Virus record (IMG/VR): IMGVR_UViG_3300009868_000005
Span: 4,724 to 68,723 of that record
Reading direction: 5' to 3' (one strand)
Length of the DNA stretch: 64,000 bases
Origin: a virus
Taxonomy: Duplodnaviria > Caudoviricetes
The notes beneath the pieces were generated by a model. The model was given only the letters and a program-made list of their open reading frames with translations. It had not been told where the DNA came from and ran no database searches. Shown piece by piece: positions 44,630 through 53,553 of this stretch (within the stretch, counting starts at the first letter, position 1; each line of letters starts with the position of its first letter). Made by a program: the position numbers and the translations under genes.

Positions 44630-44713
44630 TGCCTCCGTGTCACCTCCACGGAGTTGCTGCCCACCTAGCCGTCGCCTCCCCTTCCGCGGCCAGCGTGGGC
44701 GGCAGTTTTTTTT
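44630..44713 (+). ncRNA. Putative small RNA with anti-Shine-Dalgarno loop
   Basis: Hairpin CTCCGTG-[TCACCTC]-CACGGAG (44633..44653), then a long hairpin with a C-rich loop and a T8 tail. Confidence 0.55.
44654..44713 (+). terminator. Intrinsic terminator
   Basis: TTGCTGCCCAC...GTGGGCGGCAG stem (with G-U pairs) followed by TTTTTTTT at 44706..44713. Confidence 0.75.
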
Positions 44714-44853
44714 GGTTGATCGGGGGACGCAATGAAGCTACTTCTGTAGGTGGTCGCAGCAGCCACTCTGACCACTGGGCGGGTTCGGACAGGTTCCGGG
44801 CCCGTTTGGTTTTGTGGTAGGCTGGGGCCGGTTGATTCACCGGCGACTAGGAC

Positions 44854-45006
44854 ATGAAAGCTTACGGATTGGCAGCCAAGCGGCGCACCAGCTGGTTTCA
44901 CTGCTACTGCAAGCTGTGCCGGGGGCCAAGCATCATCAAGTCCCGGGCCAGGCGGCGAGCGCGGCGGGACATTGCCGATCAGATCGGTCCCTACCTACCG
45001 CCCTGA
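44854..45006 (+). CDS. 50-aa basic Cys-containing protein
   Basis: MKAYG...CYCKLC...KSRARRRARRDI; AGGA RBS. Confidence 0.55.
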   Translation: MKAYGLAAKRRTSWFHCYCKLCRGPSIIKSRARRRARRDIADQIGPYLPP

Positions 45007-45944
45007 AGCCTCTCCCAGAACCTGCCCCGATCCGTGGCCGACCACAGCGCAGTGTCGATCTTCTCCCCCTCCCACGTCTCGGCCCACCTCGAGTGCACCG
45101 GAACGCAGAACCCCGCATCGAACAGCGTCCACACCCCCTTGGACTTGCCGAAGTTGTCCGCCTGGCAGTCGCCGAGCACTAGTCCCCGGGCCAGGTACGT
45201 GAGCGCTGCCTTCGCAAACGGGCCGAGCAGGATGTTGCCGCGAAGCCGCTCGAGATGCCACTCGTAAGCCATCAAGCGCACGGCGGCGTGAAGGTCCCGG
45301 TCCTTCCACACGTCCTCGTCCGTGTAGAACCAGTCGATGCCCCGTTTTCTCGGCCGAAACATGCGGCTCGCCTCTCGCTGGCGGCTGCGAAGGACCCTCG
45401 CGAACTCGGTGGGGTGCGCCCCCCGAAGCAGGTGATCGCTGAAGCCCATCGCAACCGTCATACCCGACTGCTGAACCTCGTGCAGCAAGTCGAAAGCATC
45501 AAGACCGCGGTCCTTCTCCCACTTTCGCCTTCGGCGGATCATCTCCTCAAGCGGCAGATCCCCGAAGTCCCATTCATCTTCCAACTCCTTCGGGGGGCGG
45601 TTGTGAGCGTAGTACCAGGCGTGAAACGTTGGCTCCTCCACTGCGGACTTCCACATGATCCAGATCGGCCCCGCGGGGGACCGGACACGAAGGGGCTCGA
45701 GGTACTCGCAGACCCCCTTGGGCCAGAGCTGGGTGATTGCCTGCGCGCCGGCGAAGAACGCCTCCGAGCCCTCGATGGACACCTTGCAGACCCAATCGGG
45801 GTTGCTCGTGGGAAGGACGCACCCGAAGGCGCCGCAACCGAGAAGCTCGGGCACGGGAAGCAAGTCGCGACCGTGCAAGCTGACGATGCCGCCGGCCGCC
45901 GCCGACAGGGTTGCGGTCACCCATTCGGGAATGCGATCGTTCAA
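44991..45944 (-). CDS. Protein-kinase-like (PKL) enzyme 1
   Basis: LLGCGAFGCV (Gly loop), WVCKVS, helix-C Glu, GDCQADN (DxxxxN), LFDAG. Confidence 0.8.
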   Translation of the reverse strand: MNDRIPEWVTATLSAAAGGIVSLHGRDLLPVPELLGCGAFGCVLPTSNPDWVCKVSIEGSEAFFAGAQAITQLWPKGVCEYLEPLRVRSPAGPIWIMWKSAVEEPTFHAWYYAHNRPPKELEDEWDFGDLPLEEMIRRRRKWEKDRGLDAFDLLHEVQQSGMTVAMGFSDHLLRGAHPTEFARVLRSRQREASRMFRPRKRGIDWFYTDEDVWKDRDLHAAVRLMAYEWHLERLRGNILLGPFAKAALTYLARGLVLGDCQADNFGKSKGVWTLFDAGFCVPVHSRWAETWEGEKIDTALWSATDRGRFWERLQGGR

Positions 45945-45951
45945 AATGGCC

Positions 45952-46263
45952 TCACTTCTCCCGCAAGATCTTCGACGCGAGCGCGGTTGCCGCGTCCCTG
46001 GCGTGGCGTGCCCAGTCTCGACCTTCGGGGAAAGCGTTCACGCCCGTTTCCCTCCGCAGGTACTCGTACTCGTCATCAAGCTGGTTTGCCCTGTCCGTGA
46101 GCATGATGAACGCGAGGTCTCTGTCGAAAACTTCAAGCGTCTTGCCCCGCACCACCCCTGGGAAAAAAGGCTCTCCCATGAACTTCGCTTCTTCAACCCA
46201 CACGGGATCGAAGAAGTAGACCTCCATCACGGCGGACTGCATTTCGCTCATGCGAATTTTCAT
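45952..46263 (-). CDS. Hypothetical protein
   Basis: GAGGA RBS, TGATG coupling. Confidence 0.6.
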   Translation of the reverse strand: MKIRMSEMQSAVMEVYFFDPVWVEEAKFMGEPFFPGVVRGKTLEVFDRDLAFIMLTDRANQLDDEYEYLRRETGVNAFPEGRDWARHARDAATALASKILREK

Positions 46264-47015
46264 CAGAGGTCGTCCTCGTCCCATTCGGACCCCGGCATCC
46301 AATCGCGCCAGGACTCCGCAACGGCGGCGTCCTCGGGGTCCATCCTGCTCACCGCGTACCTGTACGCGAGGTAGCTCGGGATGGCAGGCGGCATGAGCAC
46401 CAAGGCGGCCTCAGGCCCCGTCCTGAGCCACCGGCTGGCGTTCGGCACGGCGGAGCGCTTTCGCGTCATCGCGTAGACCGCCGCAGCTGCCACCAGCAGG
46501 CCCGCAACCCCGATCGTCGCGGCGACCCAGGGTGTCGGGATGGACCTGAAAAATCCTGCAACTGGGTTGGTTAGAGGTGGCATCTCCAATCTCACCATGT
46601 GGGATTGTGGGATGCAAGTCTCGGGCGTGAAGGGATCGAGCATCCAGCCCGGGGGGCAATTGAACCCACACTGTTCGGGGCCCGTGGCGTACTTCGAAAT
46701 GTCGTATGGCGGCGACCCGGGGGCCAAGGGCGGAAGTGTGGCGAGGATGGCTTCCTTTACAGGCAAACGGGTGTTTGTACTGGTTTGAACACACCTCAGG
46801 CCCGACGGCATTGCCGTTGCTCCTGGGGATGAGGTGGCGATCGTCCAATCCGGTATCCACCCCGACGGGCAGACGTAGCTTGGTGAGCAGACCCGCTCGG
46901 CCGGGATGCGATCCGTGGGCGGCAGCATGGCCGAACCGAGCGAACCCGCGGGGACGGAGCCCGCGCGAACGGCGACGTTGAAGGTCGGGACCGGGAAGAT
47001 GTGGAGGCGAGGCAT
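46263..47015 (-). CDS. Membrane protein with CPxGW Cys motifs
   Basis: VCPSGW and NCPPGW. TM WVAATIGVAGLLVAAAAVYAM followed by TRKR. Promoter TTCACA(47049)-N17-GACAAT(47026)-N5-ATG. Confidence 0.65.
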   Translation of the reverse strand: MPRLHIFPVPTFNVAVRAGSVPAGSLGSAMLPPTDRIPAERVCSPSYVCPSGWIPDWTIATSSPGATAMPSGLRCVQTSTNTRLPVKEAILATLPPLAPGSPPYDISKYATGPEQCGFNCPPGWMLDPFTPETCIPQSHMVRLEMPPLTNPVAGFFRSIPTPWVAATIGVAGLLVAAAAVYAMTRKRSAVPNASRWLRTGPEAALVLMPPAIPSYLAYRYAVSRMDPEDAAVAESWRDWMPGSEWDEDDL

Positions 47016-47058
47016 GCCCTATTGTCGCGACGGCAGGCCCTCGTGTGAAGGGCGCTCC

Positions 47059-47631
47059 TCAGTACGCAACCCCGACCTGGGAGTCGCGCTTCGCCATCCT
47101 TCCACGGATGACCGCGATGCACTTGGACTGCCCGGCGGCGGGCCTCTCGTGCATGTGGAAACGGACGACCTTCAGCCCCTCGCCTGCGAGATCCGACAGC
47201 GTGATCTCGGAGCGGTGGATCTCGCTCTGTACCCCACCCGCTGCGTCCTGCGGGTAGCCGACAGGCCAGATCGCCACCACGTACGACGAGCGGCATGCCC
47301 AGAATTGCAGAAGCGACAGAGCCTCGTGCTTCCACATGTGCTCGAGCACGTCGCCGAAGACAACGAGGTCGAAACGGCTTTCCGCAAGGCGGCACGACAC
47401 CTTGACAGCCTCGCCGACATCGACCTTCTCGTAGAGCTTCCACTCGATCTCGAACTGCCCTGCGTAGCTCGGCTCGGCTTCGATGCCGTGCATGGTGGCG
47501 GTCGGGACGACTTGCTTGACCAGGCGTCCGATCTTGCCAGCGCCCACGCCGATGTCGAGCACCCTTGCCGGCGCCAGGGCTTTGACGATGCCTAGGAAAG
47601 TGCCTTCGAACTCTCTACCCGAATGCGGCAT
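47059..47631 (-). CDS. Class I SAM methyltransferase
   Basis: VLDIGVGAG, HGIE, FDLVVFGDVLEH. Confidence 0.9.
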   Translation of the reverse strand: MPHSGREFEGTFLGIVKALAPARVLDIGVGAGKIGRLVKQVVPTATMHGIEAEPSYAGQFEIEWKLYEKVDVGEAVKVSCRLAESRFDLVVFGDVLEHMWKHEALSLLQFWACRSSYVVAIWPVGYPQDAAGGVQSEIHRSEITLSDLAGEGLKVVRFHMHERPAAGQSKCIAVIRGRMAKRDSQVGVAY

Positions 47632-47642
47632 GTGTTCCTCAT

Positions 47643-48515
47643 TTACGCAAGTAGGTCCAACATCTCACGTATCGAAGCGTCTCTGTGCGAATCCGAGCAA
47701 TGTTCCTGGATGTACTGCAGGCCGGAATGTGACGAGAGGCATGCGTAGCCTTCGTCTTCGCAACATCGTAGAACGTCGTCCTTTATGGACTCAAACTCCC
47801 AAAAATTTCTGATGTTTTGCGCTGTGACATCAGGCATCGAACCAACCACGGGCACTCCCCTCGCCATGCACTCGTGCTCTGAGAGCCCCATCCCGCTCGC
47901 TGGTGGTAACATCGAAAGGTAACAGGAACACGATCTGTGCTTTGCCTCCAGCTGTGCAGCATTCAAAAAGCCCCCTGGCTGTTCTTGCCCGAACCAAGTG
48001 TGCTTGGGTTTTGAGGGGCCAAGCAGGTGCAGGATCTCTTGTACGCCCGCGCTTGCCATTGGGTGCCTCTGCGAGGGCCGGGAGAGGACCGTCCAAGTGT
48101 CCATCGGCCTCCACTGCCACACCGGATCCACATGGAACGACGGACACAATCTTGCGATGGCAGCGCTTGGAAACCACGTCTTCTGCTGCCGAAGGTTTGC
48201 CAAAGAGAAAACCACCGCTCGGTCGAGACGGTTTCCGACGGGTGCTCGAAAGCGGTACCCCTGGTGAAGGACCTGGACGATCCTTGCGGCTGGCACGTTC
48301 TCCAAGGCCCAGGCATGTTGGCTGGGGCTGCAAACGAAGACCCATTCGACATCGGATCGAAATCCATCCCAAGGCGGCGCCTTGAGTAGGTCGATTTCTT
48401 TGAACCCCGTGGAATCGCCCATGTCCGCAACCTGCAGGTCCCACACCGTAGGGGACACAAGGCGGTTGAGGAGAGTTGGCGACTGGATTGCCCAGAGAAC
48501 CTCAGGTGCGGCCAT
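47643..48515 (-). CDS. GT-B (GT4-like) glycosyltransferase
   Basis: C-terminal GMGLSEHECMARGVPVVGS matches the GT-B signature. Confidence 0.65.
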   Translation of the reverse strand: MAAPEVLWAIQSPTLLNRLVSPTVWDLQVADMGDSTGFKEIDLLKAPPWDGFRSDVEWVFVCSPSQHAWALENVPAARIVQVLHQGYRFRAPVGNRLDRAVVFSLANLRQQKTWFPSAAIARLCPSFHVDPVWQWRPMDTWTVLSRPSQRHPMASAGVQEILHLLGPSKPKHTWFGQEQPGGFLNAAQLEAKHRSCSCYLSMLPPASGMGLSEHECMARGVPVVGSMPDVTAQNIRNFWEFESIKDDVLRCCEDEGYACLSSHSGLQYIQEHCSDSHRDASIREMLDLLA

Positions 48516-48518
48516 TGA

Positions 48519-49079
48519 TCAGATTTTCCTGTACAAATCGGTTTGCCACTTGATGCCCCCACCCTGCGGGCCCGATCCACTGTAGCATTCGGGAACACCC
48601 CACTTTTTCAGGATGCTTTCAGCCATGTGGTAGTCCGCCCGATCGGAATTGTCGAAGATGATGAAGCTTGTGGCAACTTGTACCGCAACGGCGGCGCATG
48701 CGTTCCTTGCCCGACCGTCGATGCACACTACATCAAACTGAGGCGATGATGCCATGGCGATTGGAGCGGCCACATACGCATCGAAGAAGCCTGGGGCCCT
48801 CTTGCTCGCCACCCTTCCAGTCGCACTGGGTCGAGCCAGATGCGGATGCCATAGAGCCATCAAAGTTGCAGGGATGTGCCGCTGAACCCTTTCCAGCCAC
48901 GCTTCGTCGTGCTCCACGGTCACGAGATTCACTCCTGCGTCGAGCCAAAAAAGCGTGGACCCGCCAGCTCCCCACTCGAGCACGCTTCTGACGCCACAAT
49001 CCCTGGAAATGGCAGTGACCCGTTCAATCGCGGACCAAGTGAACCATGGGATTCGCTTTTCAATGCACTCCAAACTCAC
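48519..49079 (-). CDS. SAM methyltransferase (glycan O-methyltransferase-like)
   Basis: VLEWGAGGSTLFW, TVEHDEAW, FDVVCIDGRAR, IIFDNS. Confidence 0.85.
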   Translation of the reverse strand: MSLECIEKRIPWFTWSAIERVTAISRDCGVRSVLEWGAGGSTLFWLDAGVNLVTVEHDEAWLERVQRHIPATLMALWHPHLARPSATGRVASKRAPGFFDAYVAAPIAMASSPQFDVVCIDGRARNACAAVAVQVATSFIIFDNSDRADYHMAESILKKWGVPECYSGSGPQGGGIKWQTDLYRKI

Positions 49080-49086
49080 TATTCAC

Positions 49087-49815
49087 CTACTTCTCTGTGG
49101 TATCGATTCTTTCTTGGTATATCGGCGATCTTCTTATGCCGTCTGGTCGAAGTGTGGTGATGTCGCCCTGATGTTGAACAAGGCTTGGGTTGCTATAAAG
49201 AAGATCCCCGCCCATATGTCTAATGATTGAATGAACCGACAGATCTGTACTCATATCCTCAGATTCCAACACGACAGCCCTAAAGCGTTCGTGCATTTCC
49301 TTCAAAACCTCCTTGGGGTAGAAAGTCATTAGATTTCCCCAAAAGACTGTCTCCCCAGATGGTACCACCTTCTCCTGAGAGCTGGCGAATGGGCACTTAG
49401 GGAATCCATAGTAAACGCTAAGGGCAAAAGGCTTTCCGTTCATAATGGATCTGGCGATGTCTATTCTCTCTTGGAGGTGGTTGAGCCAGCCGTAGCAAGC
49501 TTGGACGTCGTCTTCCATTATGATTATGTCGCTACCTGCGGCAGCCGCCAACTCCAGAGCGTACATGTAGGACCAACCACCACGCCGCTTCGGTTTCCAG
49601 GACCTGACTTTTTCGTATGTTTGTGGGAGTGCGAAGTGTACCTGAATGTTGTCGTGCAGAGCAAGTAGTGATAGAAAAGCCTCGTCCCCGTCGCCGGAAA
49701 CCACATGTACCTTTTCCAAAGACGCGAAGCCCTTCGGATCTCTTAGCGATAGATTCAGAAGGGTAGTGTACACGTTGGTGTCGCTTCTCTTGACCGCTCG
49801 TATGAAGAGTCTCAT
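49087..49815 (-). CDS. GT-A fold glycosyltransferase
   Basis: IIIMEDDV (DxD-like) and PSLVQHQG. Confidence 0.75.
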   Translation of the reverse strand: MRLFIRAVKRSDTNVYTTLLNLSLRDPKGFASLEKVHVVSGDGDEAFLSLLALHDNIQVHFALPQTYEKVRSWKPKRRGGWSYMYALELAAAAGSDIIIMEDDVQACYGWLNHLQERIDIARSIMNGKPFALSVYYGFPKCPFASSQEKVVPSGETVFWGNLMTFYPKEVLKEMHERFRAVVLESEDMSTDLSVHSIIRHMGGDLLYSNPSLVQHQGDITTLRPDGIRRSPIYQERIDTTEK

Positions 49816-50594
49816 TTTTCCTCCTCAAATCTGGCGGTGGGGTGGTCTCTGTGAGCGGGTGACAACCTTTCTCCTCGCATCCAGCTGCTGTACTCCCCCA
49901 CATGTTTTGCCAGAGAAGGTATCGTCACAAATAGAGGCGTCCTTGCGGATAGAAAGAAGTTTTTCGTCGCTTGGTCCCCTATGTACCTACTGTCTTCGGG
50001 GCAGATGTCATGCCTGTCCCCGCTCCATCTGTTTACGCAGCCCTGTAGATAGGCAGCCATGGCAGCCGCCGTAGACCTTGGATACGCTAGTAGCTGGTTT
50101 CCCCAGAAAAGCTTCGGATTCACGAACTCGGCTATACAGTCGCCGCCTGGGGTTGATACTGGTTTTCCAAAACACCATAGTGGATGAGATGAGCACGCGC
50201 TTATACCGTAATCCACAACCTTGGAGGCGGAAGCGAGTGCATGTAGACGCTTCAGCCAATCTCTTGCGAGAACAATGTCGTCCTCTGCGAAAACACAAAG
50301 ATCTGCCCCCGACCTGGCTAACCACCGGTGACTTCGCAAGAGATTCCAAGTCAAGTGATAGCCACGATGTGTCTCTTCGCCGCCCCACGCCTCCCAATCG
50401 CTTTCGGTTGTTTTCATAAACTCCACACACGATGGGAGCCTGTCTTCGTAGCCTTCTGGTACGGGGCAGCCTATGCTAACGCAAATACGAACAGGTAGGT
50501 TAGACAGGTTTTTTTCGATTAGCTCTCGGATTGTTGCGTCAAGAGTGCCGCCCTTTGGACGAGAGACTGTGGCGATGCATATCGCGGTCACCAT
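49812..50594 (-). CDS. GT-A fold glycosyltransferase (paralogue)
   Basis: VFAEDDIVL, FWGNQ, PSLAKHVG. Confidence 0.75.
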   Translation of the reverse strand: MVTAICIATVSRPKGGTLDATIRELIEKNLSNLPVRICVSIGCPVPEGYEDRLPSCVEFMKTTESDWEAWGGEETHRGYHLTWNLLRSHRWLARSGADLCVFAEDDIVLARDWLKRLHALASASKVVDYGISACSSHPLWCFGKPVSTPGGDCIAEFVNPKLFWGNQLLAYPRSTAAAMAAYLQGCVNRWSGDRHDICPEDSRYIGDQATKNFFLSARTPLFVTIPSLAKHVGEYSSWMRGERLSPAHRDHPTARFEEEK

Positions 50595-51355
50595 TCTTGA
50601 TCCTCAAAACCTTTTGGAAAACCACTTTCGGGCATAGGGCATGTGGAGCACAGCTCGAAATGCTTCCTACCCCCCCGCTTCTCAAGAACTCTCGCAGCCT
50701 TTCGCCTTGCTTCGCAGTCCCAAGCGTCGCGTAATCGAACATCGAATGCGTTTGGAAGGCCAAATTCAGTGTTGATGTCGTAGCAGCACAGAGGCATTGA
50801 GCCATCGTATTGAACGATCAACTTCTCGTGTGGGCGGAAGCATGACGCCTCCGAATGAATTACCCCTCGCCGGGGAACATGGGGCCTAGGTCCCATTTCT
50901 GACAAAGTTTTGAAGCGAGCTACGGCGCCCAGCTTTGATTTCCACCAGGCGACAGACTCCCGTGCCTTCTCCGCGTCCTGTTCGTAGATGCCCACCTGTA
51001 CCCAGCCGAAGGCTTTTTTTGATCTCTCTATGAGGTCTGGGCGCTTCCGAAGTACGTCACCATTCGTATTCACGAAGGTGAACATGCCGTACCCCTTTGC
51101 TATTTCTGCAAAGTCTAGGAGTCGCTCGTCAAGATACGGCTCGCTCATCAAGTAAAACGTCACGGCCCCGCGGAAGTTCAGTTCGCTTGCTTCTCGCAAC
51201 AGCCTTTCACATTCGGCAGTGGGCATTCGCTTTCGTACAGGCTGCCCTGTGTCCGTAAATCGTCGCGATGTCAGGTCTCCCTGCCGCATGCACCACGGGC
51301 AAGACCGATTGCAATGGCTGGTCAGCTCGAGCACGAGCATTCCGAATGCCTTCAT
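50588..51355 (-). CDS. Radical SAM/SPASM-domain protein
   Basis: ELTSHCNRSCPWC (CxxxCxxC), SEP, TNG. C-terminal SC...DGSMPLCCYD...CSTC. Confidence 0.9.
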   Translation of the reverse strand: MKAFGMLVLELTSHCNRSCPWCMRQGDLTSRRFTDTGQPVRKRMPTAECERLLREASELNFRGAVTFYLMSEPYLDERLLDFAEIAKGYGMFTFVNTNGDVLRKRPDLIERSKKAFGWVQVGIYEQDAEKARESVAWWKSKLGAVARFKTLSEMGPRPHVPRRGVIHSEASCFRPHEKLIVQYDGSMPLCCYDINTEFGLPNAFDVRLRDAWDCEARRKAARVLEKRGGRKHFELCSTCPMPESGFPKGFEDQEW

Positions 51356-51358
51356 CGC

Positions 51359-51898
51359 TTACTCCAGGCCGAGGTCCGGCGGTGCCGGGGGGGCCATTGC
51401 GGGAACGGAAACGGGGCGAGACGACGTCGAGGGTCCGGCCTTGCACCGCACGACCCCTCCGGGCGTCTCGACCCAGCAGCCGCTCGATCCGGCCGGCGGC
51501 GGCCCCGTCTTGACCGGAGGCACCATCGGGGGGACCGCCGAAGCCACCGCAGCCACCGCGGCCGAGGCGCTCGTCGCGACCGCCTTCGTGTAGTCGAGCA
51601 CGAGCCCCGTGGCTTCCTTGGCCTCGACGATGTCTTGCTTCTGTTCCCGGATCTCGATTGTCTGGGCGCTGAGCTTCTTTTCTGTTTCGGCCCTGTCCGC
51701 CTTGGAGCAGGTTGCGTACCCCCCGAGAAGCAGGCCGAGAAGGCCCCCGTACCGGCCGAGGTTGTCCACGACCGACTGGATCGTCCTCCACATTTCCTTC
51801 CGGGCCTTGGCTTTGGCTACGTCGGCATCGTAGCGGTTGGCCCCGGTCATGTCGGAGTCGCGTTCTTGCTCTACTTCGGGCGGTTCGCTGGTGGTCAT
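51359..51898 (-). CDS. Single-TM coiled-coil protein with Pro-rich tail (inner-membrane spanin-like?)
   Basis: YGGLLGLLLGGYA TM, coiled coil, PPMVPP tail. ATGA coupling. Confidence 0.55.
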   Translation of the reverse strand: MTTSEPPEVEQERDSDMTGANRYDADVAKAKARKEMWRTIQSVVDNLGRYGGLLGLLLGGYATCSKADRAETEKKLSAQTIEIREQKQDIVEAKEATGLVLDYTKAVATSASAAVAAVASAVPPMVPPVKTGPPPAGSSGCWVETPGGVVRCKAGPSTSSRPVSVPAMAPPAPPDLGLE

Positions 51899-52182
51899 GG
51901 TCGTCCCCTGAGAGTGCTGGTGCAGCCCCATCCAAGCATCCAGGCAGCAGCGTCGGTGGCGATGTGCTCTGCGGTGTCCTGCGTGGCGTTCGGGAACCAA
52001 TCCGGCCGGCGGTCCTTGAGACCCCGCTCAAGCACGACATCCCAGATGAGGGCGGTGCCCAAGGCCAGCCACCACGGAGCCCCCACCGCCCCCATGCCCG
52101 CACCCCAAGCGAAGTGGGCTAGCGTGAAGCGGTCGATCGGGTCGCCGTTGATTTCTCCTCGCTGCGCGAGACGTTGCGCCAT
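51895..52182 (-). CDS. Small integral membrane protein
   Basis: Hydrophobic helices with HFAWG...WD...D pattern. TAGAAT(52194-89)-N6-ATG. Confidence 0.65.
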   Translation of the reverse strand: MAQRLAQRGEINGDPIDRFTLAHFAWGAGMGAVGAPWWLALGTALIWDVVLERGLKDRRPDWFPNATQDTAEHIATDAAAWMLGWGCTSTLRGRP

Positions 52183-52346
52183 GCTGAAATTCTACCGCGG
52201 GCGTTCGAACGATGGTAGAGTGCAAGCACCATCTCGCCTCGGCATGGTGTTCGGGGAGATCCCGTTCCCGCTGTCACACTGTGGCGCATGAAACAAACGG
52301 GGCGAGGTGGATAGACTTTCCCGTGGCATGGTGCTACGCATGTGCT

Positions 52347-52547
52347 ATGCCGACCTACGAAGTGCTTTGCGGGGCCTGCTCACACGAGTTCGAGGTGTTC
52401 CTCTCGATCACCGAGCCCCTGCCGCCATGCCCGAACTGCGGCAACTCGGTCACCGAATCCGAGGACCCTAAGCGCGTTCGAAAGCTGATCGCCCCCTGCA
52501 CGTTCGTGCTCAAGGGAAGCTGCTGGAGCGGCGATGGGTACCGGTAA
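52347..52547 (+). CDS. FmdB-family zinc-ribbon protein
   Basis: MPTYEVLCGACSHEFE...CPNCG...FVLKGSCW..DGY. Promoter TAGACT(52312)-N17-TACGCA(52335)-N6-ATG. Confidence 0.9.
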   Translation: MPTYEVLCGACSHEFEVFLSITEPLPPCPNCGNSVTESEDPKRVRKLIAPCTFVLKGSCWSGDGYR

Positions 52548-52938
52548 GGACGGCGGCGGGATCGTGATTCCCATCCGAGGCGACGTCGAGGTGAAGGTCG
52601 AGGGGGTCGGTGAGGAAGAGAAATCCGACAACGTCGTGAAGGTGCTCTTTTCGCCGATCGGGCTCAGCGAGTGCCGTTCGTACGACAAACGGCCGTACTG
52701 TCAGCACGCTCAATCCGAGGTGGACGACGTTGCCAGGCGGGTGACCTGCAAGGCATGTGGGGCCGAACTCGACCCCATCACGGTGTTGATGAAACTTGCG
52801 CGAAGGGGCGATGCTCTGCACTGGACGAGGGAGGAGGAGAAGCGCATCAAGGAGCGCATCCTCGAGTTGCAGGCCGAAGAAAAACGCATCAAGGACAGAA
52901 TCCGCAACGCGAAGAAGAAGGATCCAGGAGGTGGATGA
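52534..52938 (+). CDS. Zn-binding + coiled-coil hypothetical protein
   Basis: CQH...VTCKACGAELDP followed by a coiled coil. Confidence 0.65.
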   Translation: MGTGKDGGGIVIPIRGDVEVKVEGVGEEEKSDNVVKVLFSPIGLSECRSYDKRPYCQHAQSEVDDVARRVTCKACGAELDPITVLMKLARRGDALHWTREEEKRIKERILELQAEEKRIKDRIRNAKKKDPGGG

Positions 52939-53129
52939 TGGGGATTCGGGTTTTCCGTTTCACGGTCGGGCAAGATAGGTATGCTCCCTTGGCTTTCGAG
53001 TGGGCGATTTTGTCGAATAAGGGAGAGCTGTGGTTCGATGGCGGGTACCTCACCCAGACGGAGGCATTCGACGCCGGCAAGGAACGTCTCGCCGAACTCA
53101 AGGTCTGGGACGATAAGGGGGAGCTGTGA
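52935..53129 (+). CDS. Small hypothetical protein
   Basis: GGAGGT RBS; overlapping stop/start. Confidence 0.55.
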   Translation: MMGIRVFRFTVGQDRYAPLAFEWAILSNKGELWFDGGYLTQTEAFDAGKERLAELKVWDDKGEL

Positions 53130-53530
53130 CTGGCCTGTCAGAATCCCGCATCGACCACTTCAACGAACTCGTCACCTGGCTGATCTGCGAGTCCGAGAGG
53201 TGGCCCCTCCGCATCCGGCCCGGGGCGCAGCCACGGTACTGCAAGGAGGCATGGCATAGCATCCACACAGCCATTGCATGCGCGGAAAGGGCTCTTGCCC
53301 ATGCGCTTCAAGAAGGGCCAGAGCATGAGATCGCAGTGGCTGGCGTGACGACCGCAAGCCTTCGGGCGGGGGACTACCTTGCGGCTGCCAGATCCGCCGC
53401 CTCCGACCCGTACGTGGACCCCATCATGCTCTTCGCCGCCCTTCAGAGCTGGACATACGCGCTTGTGAAGGGTCCCGTCCCTTGGGTTCCGTGTCCCCCT
53501 CCCCGAGGTCGTTTGCTGTTGACGTGGTGA
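53126..53530 (+). CDS. Hypothetical protein
   Basis: GTGA coupling. Confidence 0.5.
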   Translation: MTGLSESRIDHFNELVTWLICESERWPLRIRPGAQPRYCKEAWHSIHTAIACAERALAHALQEGPEHEIAVAGVTTASLRAGDYLAAARSAASDPYVDPIMLFAALQSWTYALVKGPVPWVPCPPPRGRLLLTW

Positions 53531-53553
53531 ATAGCACCTGCTAAGCACGCGCT

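Noticed and set aside
47059-51355. 7-deazaguanine or other DNA hypermodification cluster
   Set aside because: No FolE/QueC/QueD/DpdA or nucleotide kinase motifs are seen. The rSAM resembles SPASM proteins of glycan loci.
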